From positions 1 through 40,049 of the IMG/VR virus record IMGVR_UViG_3300008255_000230: DNA of 40,049 bases. One strand, written 5' to 3'. Source of the stretch: a virus. Its lineage: Duplodnaviria; Caudoviricetes. Below the pieces are notes generated by a model. That model had not been told where the DNA came from and ran no database searches. It saw nothing but the letters and a program-made list of their open reading frames with translations. Position numbers and translations under genes: made by a program. Positions 8,040 to 14,365 of the stretch are shown one piece after another (the first letter of the stretch is position 1; every line of letters starts with the position of its first letter).

Positions 8040-8417
8040 CTAAAATCCCTCCTCTTCAAAGTTCACGGTTATTTGGTTCAAACTGATCTTGGTTAGATTC
8101 AACCAATGTATCTCTTCCTGAGCTTCCTGAACTGGACAGTTCTCAGTGTGCTCCTCAATTGGAGCATCGCAGAACTTACAGTAAGTCCCCTCTTGCGTTT
8201 TGATAAACGTCTGGAGGAGCGATGTCATGATTGAGATATGCTCAGATATTAGTGTGTGGTCACTTAGGAGATAGCGTAAAGCTGAGTATTCTTCAACTCT
8301 GGCTGACAGCATACCTAAGTTTGCTTTTGTCTGGCCTGTGGGTCCAGCCCAGAATAGGGAACGGATATGCGGGCCAACCTTAGTTGAGCGCACCCTTAGC
8401 TCTGTCTTTCTTAACAT
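8040..8417 (-). CDS. hypothetical protein with putative Zn-binding motif
   Basis: CKFC...H...C; GAGGAG RBS. Confidence 0.65.
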   Translation of the reverse strand: MLRKTELRVRSTKVGPHIRSLFWAGPTGQTKANLGMLSARVEEYSALRYLLSDHTLISEHISIMTSLLQTFIKTQEGTYCKFCDAPIEEHTENCPVQEAQEEIHWLNLTKISLNQITVNFEEEGF

Positions 8418-8449
8418 CTTTGTTCTCCTCTTTGTTCTCCTTTTTCACT

Positions 8450-8641
8450 TCACTTTAGCTTGGTCACTCTACCTTTAGAGTCTGTCCAAGCTGTTAGACG
8501 CCAATCCCAGTTTGAGCTGGCAACAAAGAGTGGACCACCGATAACTCGATGGCCCACCTCATCTAAGATGTACAGGACAGCTCCAGCAGAATATGCCTTC
8601 TTTGCTTCATTAGAAGTTTTGAAGGTTCTACTAAGCTTCAT
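8450..8641 (-). CDS. hypothetical protein
   Basis: GAGGAG RBS, 63 aa. Confidence 0.65.
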   Translation of the reverse strand: MKLSRTFKTSNEAKKAYSAGAVLYILDEVGHRVIGGPLFVASSNWDWRLTAWTDSKGRVTKLK

Positions 8642-8843
8642 TAAGTCTCCTCACTGAGTGTGATTGTGCAAGCTTTTCTCTGAGAAACAAGACCATCTCT
8701 TTCATTGTAGATGTGTGATGACAAAAGAAGTCGTCTTTATCCAGTGTCCAGCCGTTCTCCTCTGGGAGAAGGGAGTACTCAGCTCCAGTTTTCTCGTTCA
8801 GCTTCATCATAAGCTGACAAGCTTGATTTAACCTTGAGCTCAT
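8631..8843 (-). CDS. hypothetical protein
   Basis: GGAG RBS, 70 aa, coupled to the next gene. Confidence 0.65.
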   Translation of the reverse strand: MSSRLNQACQLMMKLNEKTGAEYSLLPEENGWTLDKDDFFCHHTSTMKEMVLFLREKLAQSHSVRRLNEA

Positions 8844-8861
8844 GTTAGTTTCTCCATGTGT

Positions 8862-9275
8862 TTAGTCCCCAAAGATTTGGTCCTTCTCAAGATTGTGCAG
8901 GAAGAACTCTTGTTGTTCCGGACTCATTTGGTTAAATATATCACGGATTAGTTCTGTAGAAGATTTTTTCTTCCCTTTAACCTTCTTCCCCTCGACCACC
9001 GATTTGTTTGGATTCCACTTCTTTATGGGAGTCCTATAAGATCGGTTATCGAGATTGGTTACATTCAAGAGGGATTTGGGAACCACCTTCCCATCCGTAT
9101 CAAAGGTGTAGTGGCGCTCCTTACTGGGGTGAGAAAGCACTTTCTGCGCCATCCAATGAAGGGCGAATAAACGGATGTGAGTTTCTGAAAGAAGGGACCA
9201 ATCGAAGTTGATTGGCCCCCTTTTCTCATCTGTCACAGTTGCCGTCTTCTTGAGAACGTCAATTGTTAGATCCAT
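8862..9275 (-). CDS. hypothetical protein
   Basis: Start reassigned to ATG 9275 (MDLTIDV) after GGAG; Lys-rich linker and MSPEQQEFFL C-terminus. Confidence 0.7.
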   Translation of the reverse strand: MDLTIDVLKKTATVTDEKRGPINFDWSLLSETHIRLFALHWMAQKVLSHPSKERHYTFDTDGKVVPKSLLNVTNLDNRSYRTPIKKWNPNKSVVEGKKVKGKKKSSTELIRDIFNQMSPEQQEFFLHNLEKDQIFGD

Positions 9276-9576
9276 CTGTAAGATTCTCCAAAGAGTTAAA
9301 GAGTTCTTCGGAATCACTCATTAGATAGGCTGCTAATAGTGTGTTCATACACAGGTTGTCCATGAATTCATCTTGGTTCAATTGAGCTGCGATACATTTC
9401 TCACTTAGAGAGAGAGAAACCTTCTCTGAACCAAGCCGGAGGGTGAGCTCCCTACATTGGGCCATTACTATAAGAAATGCCGCTAAAAAGTCATCGCGTT
9501 TCCCGCTGTTGTTTGGGAGAATCTTCCGTGTTGTACGGATAAAAAGCTCTTCGTGTTTCGTCAGTTTGAGTTTCAT
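9259..9576 (-). CDS. hypothetical protein
   Basis: AAGGTG RBS, 105 aa. Confidence 0.65.
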   Translation of the reverse strand: MKLKLTKHEELFIRTTRKILPNNSGKRDDFLAAFLIVMAQCRELTLRLGSEKVSLSLSEKCIAAQLNQDEFMDNLCMNTLLAAYLMSDSEELFNSLENLTDGSNN

Positions 9577-9624
9577 GCTTCACCTTTCTGGGCGCAGCCC
9601 TTAGGCTGCGCCCAATTAGTTGAG

Positions 9625-9819
9625 TCAAAATGACTCTTTCCTATCCACATAGTTAGTTGGATACTTATCTGTCTGGTGATAGTGGTGATGAACTCGCCAA
9701 CCACACCGAATGAGTAGGTCGATCTCAGATGAAATCAGCCATTCCACATTGTCCTTATCCACCTTGTTTTTGAGGTGAATAGCTGTTTGGTTCTTGTAGT
9801 TGAGTAGATACCAGCTCAT
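9625..9819 (-). CDS. hypothetical protein
   Basis: 64 aa, ATGA overlap with the upstream gene. Confidence 0.6.
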   Translation of the reverse strand: MSWYLLNYKNQTAIHLKNKVDKDNVEWLISSEIDLLIRCGWRVHHHYHQTDKYPTNYVDRKESF

Positions 9820-10025
9820 TTTTCGTACTTCTCCAAGGTGCGAGTGATACGATCCATCTTCTTTTCCATTATTATCATCTCACGGTGGGCCGTCTCTTGA
9901 AATATGTTGGACAGCTCCTCTGGCACCGCTAATGAGAGGTTCTCAAGAACGTTGATGGCGCTCCCAATCTGTTTCAAAGATGGGCGTCTTCTCTTCTCAC
10001 GGTTGTTTAGCTCATAGATTGACAT
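9816..10025 (-). CDS. hypothetical protein
   Basis: AAGGAG RBS, 69 aa. Confidence 0.65.
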   Translation of the reverse strand: MSIYELNNREKRRRPSLKQIGSAINVLENLSLAVPEELSNIFQETAHREMIIMEKKMDRITRTLEKYEK

Positions 10026-10127
10026 TTTGCGACTCCTTCTTCTGGATTAATCCAGAATTGCAAGATGCCCAATGCATCTTAGGAGGGGCACCTTGAGAGG
10101 TGCCCTACCTGAGAGACACTAGACCTG

Positions 10128-10442
10128 TTATTTGGTCTCGCTTAAGATGGAGAGGAGCTCATCTGGGTCTTGGGCCAGCAATGTTGAGAGTGCCATAACA
10201 TCTATGGCCATTGCCCGAATAATGGCACCTCGATCACCTATGATGGTTTGAGCAGCTTTGGATACTACCTCAGCCATTAGAGCATTATACCCCTCTGATT
10301 GTATCTCTTTTTGTATGGTGGCAATAATCAGTGAGAGGCTAAAGCAAACACCTAGGTGAAAGTTCTCTTGATGTGAAAAGGCCTCATCAATGATGTCGGT
10401 TAAGATCTTCTTACCACCATTCATCTTCTTCTCCATCTTCAT
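10128..10442 (-). CDS. hypothetical protein
   Basis: Start reassigned to ATG 10442 (MKMEKK) after AAAGGAG; the longer start overlaps 10495..10962. Confidence 0.6.
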   Translation of the reverse strand: MKMEKKMNGGKKILTDIIDEAFSHQENFHLGVCFSLSLIIATIQKEIQSEGYNALMAEVVSKAAQTIIGDRGAIIRAMAIDVMALSTLLAQDPDELLSILSETK

Positions 10443-10494
10443 CTCCTTTTGCCAACCAAGTTGGCGTTCAAAAACTGAACAACGTCCGGTAATC

Positions 10495-10962
10495 TCAAAA
10501 GTAACGAGCGCGGCCCTGAAACTTGGTCTCAGCACTAGCTTTAGCCTGATAATCATGGGAGAGGACAATGAGCCCACGGGGCTGCTCATATTTGGTGTCG
10601 GTAACAACCTTCCAGAAGTACAAAATGACCTCATGCCCATAAAGGTCGCCACAGTACCGACCATCTGGTAAGTCATCAATAATTTCAGCTCTAACAAGAT
10701 CGGGGGAGCCAGAAAGATCGTTGTTGGCAATCCAGAAATCAACTACATCCACAGCTCTTCCATGAAAGTAGATGAAGGGCCATAAGAACTTTCTCTTAGG
10801 ACTAAATGGGGATTCTTCAACATCGGCTTCTGAGAAAAACTCGATTGGATTCTCCTCTGAGCCTTTTGGAAAGTCGTTTGGGTCTATCTCATGTTCGTTG
10901 TCACTACGACCTTCGACATAGTCGTAATCTTCTGGGCTGAAATTGTCTGGGTAGTTACTCAT
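10495..10962 (-). CDS. hypothetical acidic protein
   Basis: AAGGAG RBS; acidic N-terminus MSNYPDNF. Confidence 0.7.
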   Translation of the reverse strand: MSNYPDNFSPEDYDYVEGRSDNEHEIDPNDFPKGSEENPIEFFSEADVEESPFSPKRKFLWPFIYFHGRAVDVVDFWIANNDLSGSPDLVRAEIIDDLPDGRYCGDLYGHEVILYFWKVVTDTKYEQPRGLIVLSHDYQAKASAETKFQGRARYF

Positions 10963-11161
10963 CTTCTTTCTCCTTAACGTTAGCGGAGCTGACTGGTCTT
11001 AGGGCCATCTCAAGACCTAGGTGGAGTGTCCCATCTAAGAGAGCATCCTGGAAGATTCTGCGGGCATTATCTAAGGGGTATGACTCTGATGGATAGCAGC
11101 GCGTCCATCTTTTTTCCCCCCTAACTCTTTTGAACAATCCATACCTTCTGATACTTCTCAT
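10955..11161 (-). CDS. hypothetical protein, first gene of the leftward early arm
   Basis: AAGGAG RBS; 68 aa; bracketed by 43-bp direct repeats. Confidence 0.7.
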   Translation of the reverse strand: MRSIRRYGLFKRVRGEKRWTRCYPSESYPLDNARRIFQDALLDGTLHLGLEMALRPVSSANVKEKEDE

Positions 11162-11199
11162 CTTCTTTCTCCTTAACGTCAGCGTAGCTGACAGTTCTT
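10958..11199. repeat. 43-bp direct repeat pair (10958-11000 and 11157-11199)
   Basis: 39/43 identical; each copy contains hairpin, RBS and ATG. Confidence 0.9.
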
Positions 11200-11299
11200 T
11201 TGAGCTTACCTCATCAGTGTCAGTTGCTCAACCTGACAGACAGCCCCCAGCTGTGCAAAGCACAGCTGAGGGGGCTGTTTCGGCAATTCGGCGCAGCCG

Positions 11300-11579
11300 A
11301 CCAGCTTAGTAATCTTCTCAATCTTTGGGTCAAGCCCAAAGCACTTGGTTGGTGAGAAATTCTTAGTAGCTGCGATCATCTAGTCACAAGACCCATATTT
11401 TCTCAGTTGCTCATCTCGTTGGTGTTACGAACCTGAGATGAGCCAGAAAAATGGGATAGAGGACAGCAGATTGTAAGAACCTTCCAACTGGGTATCTCAC
11501 TACAAAGTGGGGAGTCGCGGGCCGTTGGAGGGCCGACGAACTTGGGACAGTGAGAAGATTGCTATTGGTAATAGCTGGT
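11300..11579. ncRNA. candidate structured non-coding element (multi-stem, about 280 nt)
   Basis: Closing helix 11307-11320/11551-11564 plus 11300-11306/11573-11579 encloses three internal hairpins; no credible ORF. Family not recognised. Confidence 0.4.
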
Positions 11580-11901
11580 TAGACTAATTATGGTGCGAAG
11601 CACCAAAATGGGGGGAGGGACTGAGCTTAGTTATCATCCAAAACCTGGAAAGTGGAACTTTTAGATGAACGCCCATAAACCATTCATCTAGCTCATGTCA
11701 GCGGGGCCGACCAATTATTAGAATCTCAGAAGCTTGTCTCAATTACTAATTGAGAGGGGCTTTGCTAAGGTTAGCGTTAGTACCACCTCAACGCCGGTGT
11801 CTTTGAGCTTAGCTCAGAAGTTCACCTTGTGCCTTACCACATTTTGGGGGTGGTAGATCCCAGATGGAATCCGCCCCCAACCATTAAACTTTTACTATCC
11901 C

Positions 11902-11930
11902 ATTATAGCATAATAAGGGCCAGATGTCAA
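11902..11930 (-). promoter_or_regulatory. consensus sigma70 promoter driving the leftward arm
   Basis: Minus strand TTGACA-17 bp-TATAAT with extended -10 TG and an A-tract upstream. Confidence 0.9.
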
Positions 11931-11946
11931 GTACTTTTTTCAAGGT

Positions 11947-12235
11947 GATTGGTCGTAGACTGATTGGTCGTAGACCAATCTGGTTGGTCGTAGACCAATT
12001 GGGGGGTGTGAAATCAGATTGGAGGGTGTGGGATCAGGCTGGGAGCCTGCGCTCCAAGTTGTGGACTAACTCCCATCTCCGTTCAGTAAATGAACGGAGG
12101 TTGGGATACGCCCAACAAGGTTGGGATACGCCCAACGCGGTCGTAGACCGATCCGTTGGTGCCTAGCACCTTTTCGGCTACGCCGAAGATCGGTGTAGCC
12201 GAACATTCGGAGTAGCCGAACAGCTGAAACGCTGA
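11947..12235. repeat. cluster of short palindromes / mini-hairpins, partly tandem
   Basis: GGTCGTAGAC x4, GTTGGGATACGCCCAAC x2, three TCGG-N5-CCGA hairpins (loops CTACG, TGTAG, AGTAG), GGTGCCTAGCACC. Confidence 0.85.
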
Positions 12236-12281
12236 CATTAAGAGGAGAGTAGCATTAGTTTGTGCTAACATAGGGAACTAG

Positions 12282-12556
12282 TACTATGGGCGTATGGGCA
12301 CTCGTATACTAGGGCCCCCCTAGGGTTGGGAGGGGCATCCCGCCCATCTGGGTATGGCTAACCAACTGGGTATGGCTAACCAACTGGGTATGGCTAACCA
12401 TGGGAGTAGCACAAACCAGCTCAAAAATTTTTTTCATAGAGATTTTTTTTCTCTATATGTGTATATATAAAGATGTCCCCACAGGGGGCCAGATGTGTCC
12501 CCGTACGGCCAATGGGGGGGGGACCCTAGTATACAGACGCCCATATGCCCACAGTA
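12282..12556. repeat. 39-bp imperfect inverted repeat around an AT-rich core
   Basis: 12282-12320 versus the reverse complement of 12518-12556, 32/39 identical. Confidence 0.85.
12348..12400. repeat. 18-bp tandem repeat CTGGGTATGGCTAACCAA x3
   Basis: Read directly. Confidence 0.92.
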
Positions 12557-12614
12557 GTATACAGAAAGTACAAAACTACACTAATACTAAATTGTGCTAT
12601 CACTAGACTCAATC

Positions 12615-12668
12615 AGTTAGCTACTAGTAGTTAGCTACTAGTAGTTAGCTACTAGTAGTTAGCTACTA
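12615..12668. repeat. 14-bp tandem repeat AGTTAGCTACTAGT x3.9
   Basis: Read directly. Confidence 0.92.
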
Positions 12669-12819
12669 AGAGAGCGCCTTGCGCAGATCTCCGTTCATTT
12701 ACTGAACAGGAGTGTTGGGTAACTACCAAGATGGCGCGAAGCGCCACCAAGCTTACACACACACACACATATGAGGTCAGCTCCGCTAATTTGGGAGTAC
12801 ACTATTCAGCTGGTGGTGG

Positions 12820-12876
12820 AGCTAACCATTTGAGTAGCTAAGCATTTGAGTAGCTAACCATTTGAGTAGCTAACCA
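12820..12876. repeat. 16-bp tandem repeat AGCTAACCATTTGAGT x3.5
   Basis: Read directly; one substitution in copy 2. Confidence 0.92.
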
Positions 12877-12879
12877 CTG

Positions 12880-12908
12880 TTGTCGGCTACGCCGATATGG
12901 AGTATAAT
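12880..12908 (+). promoter_or_regulatory. possible sigma70 promoter
   Basis: TTGTCG-17 bp-TATAAT; overlaps the hairpin TCGGC-TAC-GCCGA. Confidence 0.5.
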
Positions 12909-12965
12909 AGACAGATGGGCGCTTCCGCCCATGGGCGCTTCCGCCCGCATGGGCGAAAAATAGAT

Positions 12966-12994
12966 TTGACTTTAGCACTAAAATGTGCTAAACT
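12966..12994 (+). promoter_or_regulatory. sigma70 promoter with a palindromic operator in its spacer
   Basis: TTGACT-17 bp-TAAACT with extended TG; TTTAGCAC-N6-GTGCTAAA spans 12971-12992. Confidence 0.7.
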
Positions 12995-13052
12995 TCATGT
13001 GTCAATGGTTCACCAGACTGTCTGGAGGACCGAAAAAAAAGGAGTTTGGGAC

Positions 13053-13388
13053 ATGGCGAAGAACTCAAAGTCTGGGAAATGGTTGGGGACAGTCTACTCC
13101 TGTCCGACAAAATACGGAGTAAGGACGCTGGACCTGTCAAAATTGTCCGCGGAAGCGAAAAAGTATGTACTAGGTTTAGGGTGCGCATTCATACTACGCC
13201 AGTACAGTGCTGAGAAACCGGGACAGTTATATAATGGAGTGATTCGGACCTCTAAGACAGGTAAGTCTAAATCGGAAAAAATCACCGATTTGGCGAAGGG
13301 GATGCCAATTGCTGAAAAAGCCGCGCTTTTGGTAAATGGTATGACAGCAGCCGAAAAAGCAGTGCTCCTTGCTATGCTCGGGAAGTAG
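13053..13388 (+). CDS. hypothetical basic protein
   Basis: Start reassigned to ATG 13053 (MAKNSK) after AAAGGAG; the longer start runs through the promoter. Confidence 0.75.
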   Translation: MAKNSKSGKWLGTVYSCPTKYGVRTLDLSKLSAEAKKYVLGLGCAFILRQYSAEKPGQLYNGVIRTSKTGKSKSEKITDLAKGMPIAEKAALLVNGMTAAEKAVLLAMLGK

Positions 13389-13455
13389 TACACTAGCTAG
13401 GCAGGGAAGTTAGGTCAAATGGCCAACTTCCCTGCCTGAAAACGGGAGAGAAAAA

Positions 13456-13809
13456 ATGGTTTTTGAGAAGAATGATTTTAACTGGGACTACCTTCCACTA
13501 GTACAGCAGGTGATTAATACTTCTGTGCTGGAGGACATAGCAGACTCTACTATTTCGGAGATTGACTGCTGCCGTTCCCTTAGCGAACTTGAGATGTACG
13601 CGGTCGTTAGTAAACTGATTGAACTACTGGGATGGAGCAGAGGAATACCAGCTTACGAAGTCACTCGCGAAATGAGTAAGGAACTGGTACAGAATGGTTT
13701 CAGTATACCAGAAGAGTGGTACACCAATCTTCCGGTGGAGGCGCAGGAGAAGCGTAGGGAACTGCTCGACGAGTGCAAAAGGCGGAGTGAAGAGGAGGAC
13801 TTTAGATAA
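13456..13809 (+). CDS. hypothetical acidic protein
   Basis: GGGAG RBS; followed by a terminator. Confidence 0.75.
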   Translation: MVFEKNDFNWDYLPLVQQVINTSVLEDIADSTISEIDCCRSLSELEMYAVVSKLIELLGWSRGIPAYEVTREMSKELVQNGFSIPEEWYTNLPVEAQEKRRELLDECKRRSEEEDFR

Positions 13810-13821
13810 GTAGTACAGCTT

Positions 13822-13848
13822 AGGGGAGGCGAAAGCCTCCCCTTTTCT
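13822..13848 (+). terminator. Rho-independent terminator
   Basis: AGGGGAGGC-GAAA-GCCTCCCCT followed by TTTCT. Confidence 0.85.
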
Positions 13849-14048
13849 ATGCCTATGGTGTACTAATGTGATGGTACACTACACAGCTACTACCCCCCCT
13901 AAGGGGGGATACTAGCACACCAATACATACGTAACATCCCATCTAGTGCTTAACAAATATATTTTAATAGCACTTCTTTGTGCTTTTGTGCTACACACAA
14001 ATTTGTGCTTTTGTGCGGCGCAAGCTCTGCTCGGCTTCCGGAGAGACT

Positions 14049-14170
14049 GTGAGAAGATGAGAGGTGAGAAGATGAGAGGTGAGAAACGCAGCGCTTGCGC
14101 TGTCCTCCTGAACGCAGCGCTTTTGTGTGGTACTAAGAGGTGAGAAGGTGAGAAGATGAGAGGTGAGAAG
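14049..14170. repeat. purine-rich GGTGAGAAGATGAGA repeats in two blocks
   Basis: 15-bp unit repeated, interrupted by two AACGCAGCGCTT copies. Confidence 0.8.
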
Positions 14171-14311
14171 AAAAAGAAGAGATTGAACGAATCAGCGCGG
14201 GGCCGCTGCGCCCTTCTTCTATATACTATATACAGGAGCGCTTACCTCCAGTTGGGAGTAGCACAAGATTGAATAACTCCCCCACAGACTACAATCGCAG
14301 TTCGAAATAAC

Positions 14312-14340
14312 TTGACATCTTCCCTTTTACCTGCTACAAT
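14312..14340 (+). promoter_or_regulatory. sigma70-type promoter of the morphogenesis arm
   Basis: TTGACA-17 bp-TACAAT with extended TG, 25 bp before terS. Confidence 0.8.
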
Positions 14341-14365
14341 CAGGGCGGTATAAAAGGGAACTTGC

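Noticed and set aside
1611-10671. Plus-strand ORFs across the left arm
   Set aside because: Antisense shadows of the tightly coupled minus-strand operon.
11300-11579. Retron msr-msd, group I intron or tmRNA
   Set aside because: No reverse transcriptase in the window, and no recognisable catalytic core or tRNA-like ends; kept only as an unassigned fold.
11924-12606. ORFs 11924..12166, 12083..12271 and 12400..12606
   Set aside because: They run through promoter and repeat DNA, lack an RBS and translate repeats.
12755-12769. (AC)n microsatellite
   Set aside because: Only about seven units; too short to interpret.
5474-12876. Tandem arrays as a CRISPR or mini-CRISPR array, given the Cas4-like gene
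   Set aside because: Units are 14-23 bp and contiguous with no unique spacers; no cas1/cas2; the nuclease sits in a standard recombination module.
12971-12992. TTAGCAC...GTGCTAA as a CIRCE (HrcA) element
   Set aside because: CIRCE is TTAGCACTC-N9-GAGTGCTAA; here the arms are shorter and the spacer is 6 bp.
13946-14143. ORF 13946..14143
   Set aside because: Translation of the GAGAAGATGAGAG repeats with no RBS.
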